Assembly: GCA_963827235.1 (NCBI GenBank)
Contig: CAWHAE010000009.1
Coordinates: forward strand, 736,001 to 800,000
Length of the DNA stretch: 64,000 bases
Direction: 5' to 3'
Source of the DNA: an uncultured bacterium
GTDB taxonomy: Bacteria > Chloroflexota > UBA5177 > JANWHV01
Shown: positions 38,455-49,373 of the stretch, one piece after another
Layout of the letters: each line of letters opens with the position of its first letter
How positions within the stretch are numbered: position 1 is the first letter of the stretch
Position numbers and translations under genes: made by a program
The notes under the pieces: generated by a model
Database searches by the model: none
What the model was told of the DNA's origin: nothing
The model's input: the letters and a program-made list of their open reading frames with translations, nothing else

Positions 38455-39281
38455 GCACGCAAGCTGCGGACCGGCAATCGCCGGAGTTTCTGGTCCGAGA
38501 AGTAGAGCGCACGTATTACGACTATCGCTTCGCCTGGGAGGGCGAGCGCGAAGAGATTCGCGTCTATGAGGATGCCACGCTCCGGGTGTTGCCGGTGCCG
38601 GTCTATGGCTGGCACGCGCTCATCGAGAATGCCAGGATCGATGCCCGCCATGCTGGTGCGCGGATCGCCGCGCTGGAGCGAGAAGCGAGTGAGGGCGGTC
38701 GGCCTGTGCAGTGGGTGTTCGGCGACACGCCCGAGCCCCCGGATCTGGCGCAGCGGCTGGAAGCACTCGGCCTGCAGCGCAGCATCCATTGGGATGGCCT
38801 CGCCCTGACCGATCTCACGGTCGAGCTCCCTGTCGATCCGGCGATACGGATCGAGCAGGTCTCGGCGGAGAATGCCGGGGAGTACGTCGACGTCTACGCG
38901 CCGAGCACGCCGGAAATGCGCGAGGCACGCCTGGCTGCCGTGCACCGCTACTTGCAGTTCTCCAGGCCCGAGGCGCTGGCGTACCTGGCTCGACTGGATG
39001 GAGCAGCGGCCGGCGCGGTGGTGCTGCGCATCGAGCCCGGCGGCGTGGCGTATCTCCGCAACGCAATCACGCGGCCGGAGTTTCGCAGCCGCGGAGTCTA
39101 TCTGGCGATGATCGCGCATCGGCTGCGCCTGGCGAGGGAGGCCGGCTGCCAGGCCATGGTCGTGCAGGCGCAAACGCACACGTCGTCGCCTATCCTGCGC
39201 AAGCGAGGCTTCCAGCGCGTCTGCGGATTCTATGCCTACTCCCGCCCGGAACAGCCTGCCGATGCGGCCGGCCGCTCTTGA
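38451..39281 (+). CDS. GNAT acetyltransferase (tandem paralog 1)
   Basis: AYLRNAITRPEFRSRGVY...SSPILRKRGF. Confidence 0.82.
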   Translation: MSTQAADRQSPEFLVREVERTYYDYRFAWEGEREEIRVYEDATLRVLPVPVYGWHALIENARIDARHAGARIAALEREASEGGRPVQWVFGDTPEPPDLAQRLEALGLQRSIHWDGLALTDLTVELPVDPAIRIEQVSAENAGEYVDVYAPSTPEMREARLAAVHRYLQFSRPEALAYLARLDGAAAGAVVLRIEPGGVAYLRNAITRPEFRSRGVYLAMIAHRLRLAREAGCQAMVVQAQTHTSSPILRKRGFQRVCGFYAYSRPEQPADAAGRS

Positions 39282-39314
39282 GGGGAGGCGCTCGAGAGTG
39301 ATAGCCTGAGCAGC

Positions 39315-40115
39315 ATGTGTGCGACTCAATACTCCCAGGAGTTCCTCGCTTCCGAAGTGGAGCGGACATCCTGCAGTTACTCGCTTGCCTGGGAAGGCGA
39401 GGAAGAGCACCTGCACGACATGGGTGACGCGGTCATTCGCGTGCTGCCCGGCCGGCCTTACGGGGCGGGAGCGATCGTGCAGTGGATCAATCTCGATCCG
39501 GGCCGGGCGGACGAGCGCCTCGCGATTTTGGAGCGCGATGCTGAGACGCTCGGTGGACCGGTGCGCTGGACTTTCGGCGACCATCCGTCGCCGCCGGACC
39601 TGGCATCGCGCCTGGAAGCGCGCGGTCTGCGCCGCATCATCCACTGGGATGGGTTAGCGCTCACCGATCTTCGCGCGGAGCTCCCCGTCAATCCCGAGGT
39701 ACGCATAGAGCCGCTGTCGGACGAAAACGTTGAGGAGTGGGCAGCGGCTCGCGAGCCCGTCGATCCGGAGCGGCGCCGCCAGAGGATCGCGGCGGCGACC
39801 CGCTATCTGCGGAACGAGCGCCGCCAGGTGCGCCACTTCCTCGGCCGTCTCGATGGGCGGATCGCGGGCTTCGTCGTCCTTCGTATAGAGCCGAACGGCG
39901 TGGCCTACCTGCGCAATGCGATCACCGTGCCGGGGTTTCGCAACCGTGGACTCTATCTGACCCTGCTCGCTCACCGGTTGCGCGTTGCCAGGGAAGCCGG
40001 CTGCGAGGTCGCCGTCGTGGCAGCACAGGTACAGTCTTCGTCGCCAATACTGTGCAAGCGGGGCTTCGTGCGTGTGTGCGGCTTCAATGGCTATGCGCGA
40101 GCAGCGGAAACGTGA
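39315..40115 (+). CDS. GNAT acetyltransferase (tandem paralog 2)
   Basis: AYLRNAITVPGFRNRGLY...SSPILCKRGF; colinear with the previous gene. Confidence 0.82.
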   Translation: MCATQYSQEFLASEVERTSCSYSLAWEGEEEHLHDMGDAVIRVLPGRPYGAGAIVQWINLDPGRADERLAILERDAETLGGPVRWTFGDHPSPPDLASRLEARGLRRIIHWDGLALTDLRAELPVNPEVRIEPLSDENVEEWAAAREPVDPERRRQRIAAATRYLRNERRQVRHFLGRLDGRIAGFVVLRIEPNGVAYLRNAITVPGFRNRGLYLTLLAHRLRVAREAGCEVAVVAAQVQSSSPILCKRGFVRVCGFNGYARAAET

Positions 40116-40131
40116 GGAGCAGGGGACGGAA

Positions 40132-41289
40132 ATGGCGGCACAGCTTAACCATATCGAAGGGGCGCTGCGCGATAGGCTCGAGCAGTTCCTGGCCGATCTT
40201 CGCCTGCTGACCGGGATCGACTGTGGTACGGCCAACAGGGACGGCGTCAACCGCGTCGGCGCCTGGGTGCGGGCGCGCTGCGAAGCGAACGCCTGGACGA
40301 CGCACCTCCACCCACGTTCCGTGGGCGGCGACATCGTGGAGGCGCGAGTGGCGGGCGCGGGTCGGGCGAGGATTCTCCTGCTCGCGCACATGGACACGGT
40401 CTACCAGGATGGCGTAGCTGCCGCGCGCCCGATGCGCATCGACGGCAACAAGATCGTCGGCCCCGGCACCGCGGACATGAAGGCGGGCCTGCTGGCCGCC
40501 ATCTACGCCGTCGAAGCACTGGAGTTGCTGCAGGTGCGGCCGTTCGGCGAGCTGGTGTTGCTGTTCACCGCGGACGAGGAGATCGGATCCCCGGAGAGCA
40601 GCGAGCTGATCGAAGCAACCGCGACGAGCTGTACCGCGGCCCTTGTCCTGGAGCCGGCGCGCCTGTCGGGCGCGCTCGTGGCGGCCCGCAAAGGGGTCGT
40701 CGACTATCAGATCGACGTGCGCGGCCGTGCCGCCCATTCCGGAGTCGAGCCCGAGAAGGGTCGCAGCGCGATCGTGGAGCTTGCGCACAAGATCGTGGCC
40801 TTGCAGGCGCTAAACGGCGTCGTTCCCGGCGGCATCGTGAACGTGGGCATCGTCAGCGGCGGCAATGCCCTGAACGTCGTGCCCGAGACCGCTACCGCGC
40901 GCTTTCAGATGCGCGCCCCCGACCCGGTGGGCCTGGAAGAGGTCGACCGCAGGATCCACGAGATCGCGGACAGCGTCGTAGTGCCGGATACGAGCACGAC
41001 GCTCACGGTGCACCACGGCCATCCACCGATGGCCAGGACCGCCGCCATCGAGCGGCTCGTGGCCATGGCGCAGGAGGTGGCGCACGGGCTCGGTTTCGAC
41101 ATAGAGGCCGTGGCCACCGGCGGTGCCTCGGACGCGTGTACCGTGGCCCACGCCAACGTGCCGGTCCTGGATGGACTTGGCCCGATAGGCGGGAACGCAC
41201 ACAGCGCCGATGAATGGCTGGCAGCGGACTCCATAGTGCCGAGAACCGCCCTGCTGGCAGGGCTGATCGCGCGCATAGCCGAGGGCTGA
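40132..41289 (+). CDS. M20 metallopeptidase (carboxypeptidase G2-like)
   Basis: AHMDTV, GPGTADMKAG, DEEIGS, GGASDA, GNAHSADE. Confidence 0.9.
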   Translation: MAAQLNHIEGALRDRLEQFLADLRLLTGIDCGTANRDGVNRVGAWVRARCEANAWTTHLHPRSVGGDIVEARVAGAGRARILLLAHMDTVYQDGVAAARPMRIDGNKIVGPGTADMKAGLLAAIYAVEALELLQVRPFGELVLLFTADEEIGSPESSELIEATATSCTAALVLEPARLSGALVAARKGVVDYQIDVRGRAAHSGVEPEKGRSAIVELAHKIVALQALNGVVPGGIVNVGIVSGGNALNVVPETATARFQMRAPDPVGLEEVDRRIHEIADSVVVPDTSTTLTVHHGHPPMARTAAIERLVAMAQEVAHGLGFDIEAVATGGASDACTVAHANVPVLDGLGPIGGNAHSADEWLAADSIVPRTALLAGLIARIAEG

Positions 41290-41329
41290 GCGAAGGCCGT
41301 CTACGGTCACTATCGTGGCATGCCGTGGA

Positions 41330-41374
41330 TTTAACACGCTCTTAAGGACTCCGGGAGGCGTCGCGGCGTACACT
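41330..41374 (+). promoter_or_regulatory. TTAA direct-repeat pair (11-bp pitch) and possible -10
   Basis: TTAA at 41331 and 41342 in a GC-rich background; TACACT at 41369. Confidence 0.4.
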
Positions 41375-41610
41375 GCGAGTGCGGGCCTGCCGCGTGCCCC
41401 CGAGCAAGGCGACAGGCGACGGCGCTTTCAGCACCTGAAGGCAGGCCGGATCGCCGGATCATGGCGTGCCGCCTGCGCGCCGGACTTACCGCGCGTTCTC
41501 CACGCAGCGCGAGTGGCGGTGCCTCCTGGCATCGCCACTCGCGTCCGCGGCCGGCACGGAGAGCTCGGCTCTGCTCTTCGGGCATGCGACGACTAGTGAA
41601 AGTGACGTTC

Positions 41611-42966
41611 ATGCAACAGGATTTATTGTCCGTCGAGGAAGTGGTTAGCCATGACGACACCAACGAGCACCGGTTCTATCCCTTTGTCATGCCGGCCGAT
41701 GCCACGTCTCTGCACTTGTCCTTCGAAGTAGCTCCGCGGCAGGTCGGCAGCTACGATCAGGCCATTGGCGTGTATCTGCACGATCCATCCGGCTTCCGGG
41801 GATCTCCCGGCCGCACGGACGCACCGCCGCGGCTGGGAGTGGGGAGCGCTACGCCGGGATTCGTGCCCGGCCCGCTCACACCTGGTACCTGGCAGGCCGA
41901 GGTGAGCCTGGGCTATGTTCTGGGAGGATCGCCCTGCACTTACCGGCTGCACGTCTGGCTCGACGACGATCCGGATGTCGGGATGCTCCCGTCGCCATGC
42001 TCTCTGCCTCTGGCCATACCAAACTTGGGACCCGGCTGGTACGCCGGCGACCTGCACATGCATACCCACCACTCCGACGGCCGGTGGTCGGCTGCCGATC
42101 TCTGGCGGGCGGTACGGGAACGCAACCTGGATTTCTTCGTGCTGACCGATCACAACACGCTGGCCGGGCACGCCGAGGTGGCTGCTCTGGCTGGGGGGGA
42201 TACCTTGCCCATCCCCGGCATCGAGGTGACGACGCTGCACGGGCACCTGCTGGCACTCGGCGTGGAAACGTGGATCGACTGGCGGGTCGGGTGGAATGGG
42301 CGGACCATCGACGACGTGGTCCGCGACGTGCACGCCAACGGCGGCGTGGCGATCATCGCCCACCCGGCTGCAGGCGCCAGTCCGGGCTGCCACGGCTGCC
42401 GGTGGGACCTGTTGGACGTCGACATGCGCGCGATCGATGGCGTGGAGGCATGGAATAACGGCTGGCCGGTAGACGACGACAACGAGCGCAATCTGCTCAT
42501 GTACGATGGCTGGCTTGGCCGTGGCTTTCGCGTACCGATCACCGGCGGCAGCGACGATCACGGCGACCTGCCCTCATTTGTACCCGGTGCCCCGACCACC
42601 TACGTGTATGCGACCGAGCTGAGCCGGGCCGGAATCCTGGATGGCATCAGGGCAGGGCACACGATGGTGAGCAGCGGACCTGCCATGCGTGCCTCGGCGA
42701 GCGCCGGTTCCACGGCCGGGCTGCCCGGCGACACCCTGCCGGCAGGCGAGCCGCTCCGCATAGACGCCCGCGTCACACACGTGACCGTACCCGCCTCGCT
42801 CCGCATCGTCGGGAGCGCGGGGCCCCTGGCGGCCGCGACCATCGATGGGGAAGGGGCCTGCTACTATGCTGCCGACAAGGCGGCCGCCGGCTGGTATCGT
42901 GCGGAGCTGCGGGCCGTGCATCGACAAGAGATGCTGGCCGTGACCAGTCCCTTCTTCGTGCGCTAG
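41611..42966 (+). CDS. PHP-domain (CehA/McbA-family) metallohydrolase
   Basis: GDLHMHTHHSDG, LTDHN, GIEVT, IAHP, EAWN, GGSDDH. Confidence 0.85.
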   Translation: MQQDLLSVEEVVSHDDTNEHRFYPFVMPADATSLHLSFEVAPRQVGSYDQAIGVYLHDPSGFRGSPGRTDAPPRLGVGSATPGFVPGPLTPGTWQAEVSLGYVLGGSPCTYRLHVWLDDDPDVGMLPSPCSLPLAIPNLGPGWYAGDLHMHTHHSDGRWSAADLWRAVRERNLDFFVLTDHNTLAGHAEVAALAGGDTLPIPGIEVTTLHGHLLALGVETWIDWRVGWNGRTIDDVVRDVHANGGVAIIAHPAAGASPGCHGCRWDLLDVDMRAIDGVEAWNNGWPVDDDNERNLLMYDGWLGRGFRVPITGGSDDHGDLPSFVPGAPTTYVYATELSRAGILDGIRAGHTMVSSGPAMRASASAGSTAGLPGDTLPAGEPLRIDARVTHVTVPASLRIVGSAGPLAAATIDGEGACYYAADKAAAGWYRAELRAVHRQEMLAVTSPFFVR

Positions 42967-43006
42967 GCACGCTGCCGGGAGCGCGTCGGGCCGAGCCTCG
43001 ATGCCT

Positions 43007-43061
43007 CTTAACGTACTCCTTACACAAGCTTAATCGAGGCTTAAGGGACCGATGCTACTGT
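43007..43061 (+). promoter_or_regulatory. CTTAA direct-repeat array and extended -10
   Basis: CTTAA at 43007, 43029, 43040 plus CTTAC at 43019; TGcTACTGT with the hexamer at 43056. Confidence 0.5.
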
Positions 43062-43269
43062 AGCTGGGGGATCCAGGGGTCGGAATCCCCCGCCACACCC
43101 GGCACATTGGTCGGCTACGGGATGCTTGCCGGCGACGGCACTTCCAGCTCGCCGCGGCTCTGCGATGTGCCGGCGCCCTCGACCGGCGCACGACGATCAC
43201 TCGTGGACGGGGTGGCGGCACGCCGGTTGCCGCCGTGTGCGGTCTGCCGCAGTAAGGAGAGTATCAGGG

Positions 43270-44618
43270 ATGGCCGATCTCAAGACACGTGGATCTCGCC
43301 TTCGGCTGGGTATCGCCGCCGTAGCATTGCCTGTCGCGGTGCTCGTATCATCGGTGCCGCCGCTGCAAGCGGCGTCCTCCCCGATCGTCATCGAGTTCTG
43401 GAATCCCACGAGCCCGGGACCGGGGAGCGTATCGGGCAACGCCATCAAGTACCTGGTCGATACCTTCAACAAGACCCATCCCGGCATCCTGGTCAAAGCC
43501 GACTACACGCCGACCGACAACAACTACGTGAAGTACACTACGGCCCTTACCTCCGGCAGCCCGCCGGATGCCATCATGACCTACGACTACTATCCGATGC
43601 CGATCTGGGCGGCGGATCACCTCATCCAACCTCTAGACAGCTACATTGCGCAGTATCACTTCAAGCTGCAGACCTACTTCGCCAATGTCTATGCCGGCAT
43701 GCGGTTCAACGGCCACATCTATGGCCTGCCGCAGCAGGTGGACGAGCCGTTGCTGGCGTGGAACAAGACGATGTTCAAGCAGGCAGGCCTCAACCCCGAC
43801 GTGCCGCCGCGGACCACGGATCAGCTCCTTCAGTACGCCATGAAGCTCACCAAGGTACAGAACGGGCAGATCACGCAGCTCGGCATGGCGCCCTCGGACT
43901 CGCAAGGCGACAGCGAGTGGATCTACTACTTCGGCGGCGGGCTCTTCGACCCGGCGAGCAAACAGATCACCGCCAATGCGGCGGCAAACATCAGCGCCTA
44001 CACGTGGCTGAAGAAGTTCTACGATGCGCTGGGCGGCTACGACAAGATCACTGCCTGGTACCAGGCCGCCAGCAAGGCGAACGATCCCTTCGTGTTGGGC
44101 AAGCAGGCCATGGAGCTGATGGGCGAATACCAGCCGTCGTACATGCCGATCCAGGCGCCCAACTGAAGTACGGGGTAGCGCCCGTTCCCACCGGACCGGG
44201 CGTTGCCTACGACAGTGTCACCGTGGCACCGGCCGGGAACTTCTTCGTGCTGCCCAACAACGCATCTCACCCCAAGGAAGCGCTGGAGTTCCTCACCTGG
44301 ATGGCCTCGCCGTTCGCAGTGAACTACTGGTGCGTCGTGGAAGGCAATCTCCCGCCTTCGGCCGGCGACGCCTTCGGGTCGGCCTTCTGGAACGCGGCAC
44401 CTAAGCTCCGCCCCTGGATTTCGGCGCTCAAGCAGGCAAAGACGGTTGCCGCCGTGCCTGCCATCTCCACCTTCAACTTTCTGTACAACACGCTGAACAC
44501 GGTCAGCCAGGAGATCCTCTACGGGCGGGTCTCGCCTTCGCAGGGTTTGAATCAGCTGCAGTCGGAAACGACGCAGAACGAGCGCCAGTTCACCTCGACA
44601 CATCCCGGGTGGCAGTGA
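43270..44618 (+). CDS. carbohydrate-type (CUT1) ABC substrate-binding protein, frameshift near 44162
   Basis: Signal peptide, FNKTHPGI, GHIYGLP, WNKTMFKQAGL; continues as LKYGVAPVP in the next frame. Confidence 0.85.
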
Positions 44619-44727
44619 AAGCCTTGCCCCGCGCTCGTTGCGCCCTTCGCCGCGACGGCCGCGGGGCGGCGCACTTTCCATGCGACCCGGGCGCCGCGTC
44701 TGAGCAGCGGCGAAGGATGATGTCGGC

Positions 44728-45608
44728 ATGTTGAGAAGCAGAGCTGCCAAGCGCAGGCTGAACGTGGCACTGTTCCTCGGCCCTGGGTCGATTGGTGTGC
44801 TGGCCTTCACCGTCTATCCCGTGATGGCTTCCCTGTACTACAGCTTCACGAATACAGTCTTGGCATGCCGCCGGTATGGATCGGTACCGCCAACTGGTCG
44901 GCGATGTTCAGCGATCCGCTCTTCGGCACCGCCCTGGGCAACACACATCTACTACACGGTGTGCGCCGTGCCGCTGCAGTTGGTCGATGGCGCTGCTCGT
45001 GGCGCTGACGCTGAACACCAAGCTGTTCGCTCGCGGCGTCTTCCGCACGGTAATCTATCTGCCCACCCTCGTACCCAGCGTGGCGAACGCCATTCTCTGG
45101 CTCGCCCTGTTTGATCCATTCGGCGGCCTGATCGACCGCATTCTCGGCGATGCTGCACCTGCCTCAGCCGCTCTGGCTTCAGTCGCCCACCGCGGCGATG
45201 CCGGCGCTCATACTGATGAGCACCTGGGGTACTGGGGGCACGATCGTGATTTTGCTCGCCGGTTTGCAGGACGTGCCGAAACACCTCTACGAACAGGGCA
45301 TGATCGATGGCGCGGGGGCGTTCCGGCTCTTCTGGCACGTCACGCTGCCCATCATCTCGCCGATCGTGCTGTTCAACGCGATCACCGGCATCATAGGCTC
45401 CATGCAGACGTTCGCCGAGCCGTACCTGATGACCCAGGGTGGCCCCATGAATGCAACGCTCCTCTACTCGCTCTATCTGTTCCAGAATGCCTTTCAGTAC
45501 CTCAACATGGGATACGCCTCGACCCTTGCCTGGTTCCTGTTCGCCATGATCTTCCTGCTTACTTTGCTCGCCCTGTGGGTATCAAGACGACTCGTCTATT
45601 ACCGTTGA
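44728..45608 (+). CDS. carbohydrate ABC permease, several frameshifts
   Basis: YPVMASLYYSFT, FRTVIYLP, LAGLQDVP..LYE...IDGA EAA loop, spread over three frames. Confidence 0.82.
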
Positions 45609-45727
45609 AACCAAGTGACGCCGGGATGCACATGTCGTGAAGTCGAACGGATGCCCCAGGAGTCGTGCTCGGCAACCCGCCGCGGCGGGTGCGCCGACTT
45701 GACGCGATCTGAGCTTGGGACGGGTTC

Positions 45728-46612
45728 ATGAGCTACGGGAGTGACGTTCAGGCGGCGGTGCTGGGTCGCTCTAGAAGCGGTCCTCGCAGGAGCCGCCGGC
45801 TGCGGCGGAGCCTGCTCACGGCGCTTGCCGTTCTTGCCTGTGCGCCGTTCGTGATTCCGCTGCTATGGATGGTGAGCGCCTCGCTCCTGCCCGAGGCAGA
45901 CGTGACGGCGGGCCTGGCACTGATTCCATATCCGCCGCAATGGCACAACTATCCGGACGCTCTGCAGTTCTTCCCTGCTTACCACTATCTGCTCAATACT
46001 CTGCAGATCGCCGTGCCTGCCACGCTGGGCACCGTGCTCAGCACATCCTGGATCGCCTACGGCTTCGCGAATCTGCAGTGGAAAGGCAGAGAGCCGGCGT
46101 TCCTCGTCGTGCTCGGACTGATGATGATCCCCAGCTGGGTGACGCTGATACCCCTGTACGTGGTCTTCGTCAAGATTCACTGGGTAAACACCTATCTACC
46201 GCTCATCGTGCCGAGCTGGTTCGGCGCCGGCTCGTTCTACATCTTCCTGTTCCGGCAGTTCTTTCTGCGCCAGCCAGCCGAGCTACTCGACGCCGCGCGC
46301 ATAGACGGCGCGTCCGAGCCGCGCATCTACTGGCAGATCGTGCTGCCGCTGGCCAAGCCCGCCGTGGCCGTAGCCGCGCTGTTCGCCCTGGTCGGCAACT
46401 GGACGGACTTCCTTGGCCCGCTCATCTATCTCAACGATCCGTCGAAGTACACGCTGATGCTCGGGCTCGCCTCCTACAAGGACGAGCACATGACCTTTCT
46501 CAACCTCATGATGGCCGCCAGCGCCACGGTCATCGCGCCCATCTTCATCCTGTTTCTCTTCATGCAGCGCTTCTTCCGCGAAGGTCTGCAGCTCACCGGG
46601 CTCGTCGCCTGA
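45728..46612 (+). CDS. carbohydrate ABC permease
   Basis: FLFRQFF...ELLDAARIDGA...LPLAKP, WTDFLGPLIYL. Confidence 0.92.
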   Translation: MSYGSDVQAAVLGRSRSGPRRSRRLRRSLLTALAVLACAPFVIPLLWMVSASLLPEADVTAGLALIPYPPQWHNYPDALQFFPAYHYLLNTLQIAVPATLGTVLSTSWIAYGFANLQWKGREPAFLVVLGLMMIPSWVTLIPLYVVFVKIHWVNTYLPLIVPSWFGAGSFYIFLFRQFFLRQPAELLDAARIDGASEPRIYWQIVLPLAKPAVAVAALFALVGNWTDFLGPLIYLNDPSKYTLMLGLASYKDEHMTFLNLMMAASATVIAPIFILFLFMQRFFREGLQLTGLVA

Positions 46613-46693
46613 GCACGCGACCCGATTCTTCGGCGCGATACCGGCGCGTCTATATGCGTCCTGCATGGGTCCGGGCGATGCTATAGTACGCGA

Positions 46694-47218
46694 ATGGGCG
46701 TGGGCATTCGGGACTACCGCAGCGGCGATCGCGCGCAGATCGTGGCGCTCTTCGAGCGGTTCTACGACGACCTGATCGTCCTCGATCACGAGCAGAGACT
46801 TCGCCGCCTGGCCGGGTACGGCGAGTTCATCGCGGACAAGACGGTCGCCGTGGTAGAGCAGCGGAACGGCGCGTTCTACGTCGCGGTCGACGGAGAGACG
46901 ATCGCCGGTTTCGTGGTCGGCGTCGTCCTCGAGCAGGACGAGGAGCAGTGGCTCGGCGTCATTCCGTCGCTCGTGGGCCGCATCACGGAGCTGTACGTCG
47001 ACGCAGCCTACCGCCGGCGGGGGCTGGCCACGCGGCTCATGCGTCTTGCCGAAAGCTACCTCGCCCGTCGCCGCTGCGACGCCGTCCGTGTGGAAGTCTT
47101 CGTGCCGAACGTGCCTGCCCGCATGCTGTACGCCGCGCTCGGCTACGTGGAGCGCGATATCGAGCTGTTCAAGCGCCTGCGACCGCCGGACGCACCCGGC
47201 GATCAGGTGCGAGCGTGA
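46694..47218 (+). CDS. GNAT acetyltransferase
   Basis: ELYVDAAYRRRGLATRLM; N..A..LYAALGY. Confidence 0.85.
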   Translation: MGVGIRDYRSGDRAQIVALFERFYDDLIVLDHEQRLRRLAGYGEFIADKTVAVVEQRNGAFYVAVDGETIAGFVVGVVLEQDEEQWLGVIPSLVGRITELYVDAAYRRRGLATRLMRLAESYLARRRCDAVRVEVFVPNVPARMLYAALGYVERDIELFKRLRPPDAPGDQVRA

Positions 47219-47261
47219 GCAGTCGGCGGCGCGGTGACGCGCATGCGCGGCACCGGCAGCG

Positions 47262-48629
47262 TCAATCTCCCAGGTTGACGATCAAGCACCTGCCGCAGAG
47301 CGGCACTCCGCCCCAGAGCGCGTATCGATGATCCAGCCCGTAGACACGCGGGTGGCCGCGGGAGTAGAAGGCTGCCCGAGCGGTGGTCCCATACGATTGG
47401 GCGACGAGGTACGTGGGCGTCGGTCCATTGTAGGGTGCGGTGCTCAGGATCTCGGTGACCTCCTTCCCCAGGGGCGGGCCGCTCGTGGTCGGGTCGACCA
47501 GGCCCTGCACGATGCAGCTGTCCACCGGCACCAGCGCTTCGCCCGCCACCAGGGAACCGGCAACCACACCGGCCGGGAGCGCGCTGCCCAGGAAGATGTC
47601 GGTGGTGACGATCAGCACGGCCGTCCGCGGGCGCCGGCGCGGCGCCAGGGCGTCGACCAGCCGCCCGCCCAGGATGCCGCAGGCGACGGCTGCCGAGAGA
47701 TACGCCGGCAGCGTCCAGTGCTCCATGCCGTTGACGAGTAGAAAGAAGGCAAAGGTACCCAGCCCGCTGAGGCCGAGCGCGATCAGCATGGTATCGCCGC
47801 GGCGCAATCCGAACGCGAGCGCGGCCAGGATGCCCACGCCAAAGACCACAAGCCCGAACGGCATGACGATACCTGCCTGCACGCCCAGAGGTATGCCTGA
47901 ATCTGATCCCAGAGAGCCATGCCGCTCGGCGCCTGGGCCTGTCCATGCGCGAGCTGGAACGACATCGTGACCCAGCCGTGCGTGGCATTCCAGAGCACAT
48001 TGGGCGCGAAGACCAGGGCGGCAACAGCCGCGGCGGCATACGGTGCCGGGCGACCGAGCCACCAGCGGCCGCGTGCCGTGGCCAGCATGGCCAGGAGAAT
48101 CGCCGGCAGGAGCAGCACGACCGTGTACTTACTCTCCAGACCGCAGCCAAACGCCAGCCCGCACAGCACCCATTCCCGATAGCGGCTCCCGGCCAGGGCG
48201 CGTTGCAGCGCGGCCAGCGTAGCCGCCCACCAGAACAAGGCCAGCCCGTCCGGCGTGGCCAGGGCACTCCTGGCGACGAAGGGCGGTCCGACGAGCACGA
48301 GCAATGCTACCAGCATGCCGCCGGACCGGCCGCCGGCGCGGCTTCCGAGGTCGTAGGCGAGCGCCACCAGAGCGATGCCGAATACCGCCCACCAGAAGCG
48401 CACCCAGAACTCCGAGGGGCTCCACAGGAGGGTGCTGCTACGGATCAGCCAGGCAATCCGGGGGGTGATCGTAGTAGCCGAACGCCAGATGCCGCGACCA
48501 GTCCCAGTAGTACGCCTCATCGGGCATCAGTCCGAAGGCACCTATCCAGGTGAGGCGCGACACGGCAGTAACGGCCAGCAATGCCGGGACCGGCCGCCGC
48601 GTGACGATCGTGCTGAGACGAGAGACCAT
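47262..48629 (-). CDS. ArnT/PMT-family (GT39/GT83-like) membrane glycosyltransferase, 2 frameshifts
   Basis: PDEAYYWDWSRHLAFGYYDHPP, TPDG, GLESKYT, PNVLWNA over three frames. Confidence 0.82.
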
Positions 48630-48855
48630 GGCACCGACGCGATCCCCCCGATTTCTCGAGACCGGCTCCGCGGCGCGCACGATGCATCGCCCGCTTGCGC
48701 TATACCAACTGTATCTATTCCTTCCCGCCAGCGGCAGCTCGTGTGCTATGCTGGGAGGCGAACGAGCCATGCCGCTCATGCATTCGCGGTCGGGCTCTAT
48801 CCGGCGATGCTTCGACACAGGGGTCTACTGATGGGCAGTATGTTGGCACGGACAA

Positions 48856-49238
48856 GCGAATCCGACCTCCGAAGCAGATCTCAACCTGGCAGCGGGCAAG
48901 GGCTGGTCCTATGCCCACGCCGGCGTAAGGAGTACGTGGTGCTTGATCCGTCCGGCCTGTATATGCGAGTGCCTCTGCGCGCCTGGCATCTGGTCGACGG
49001 GGAGTATCTGGAAGCGGTCGTGGCTGCCGAAGGTATCTGGTGGAGCCGGGAGCTTCCCCTGGGCATCGGCTTTCACGACGAGCAGGCAGCGGTATTCGAT
49101 CGCGCCGGCCGGCGCCAACTGCGGGAGGGTGAGATCTCAACCCACGTGGCTCGGCAGGAGGCCGGGGTGGCGGAGCTGCGGCGCCGCCTCGAGGAGCTCG
49201 AGCGGCGACAGGCTGCGCGTGTGGAGGCGAGCCGGTAG
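48856..49238 (+). pseudogene. 3' remnant of a Uma2 (DUF820) family endonuclease
   Basis: ANPTSEADL..GKGWSYAHAGV / EYVVLDP motif (with a 1-nt shift), coiled-coil tail; N-terminus missing. Confidence 0.6.
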
Positions 49239-49373
49239 CGCCGGTACCGTGGGCAGCCAAGCTTGTATGCTGGATTGCGGCAAGCCGCGGCTACTCGTAC
49301 CTTCTTGACGCACCGTCATCCACGGTATCGTCCCAGGCAGAAACGAGCGGTTGGGAAGCAAGAATAGCCAAGC

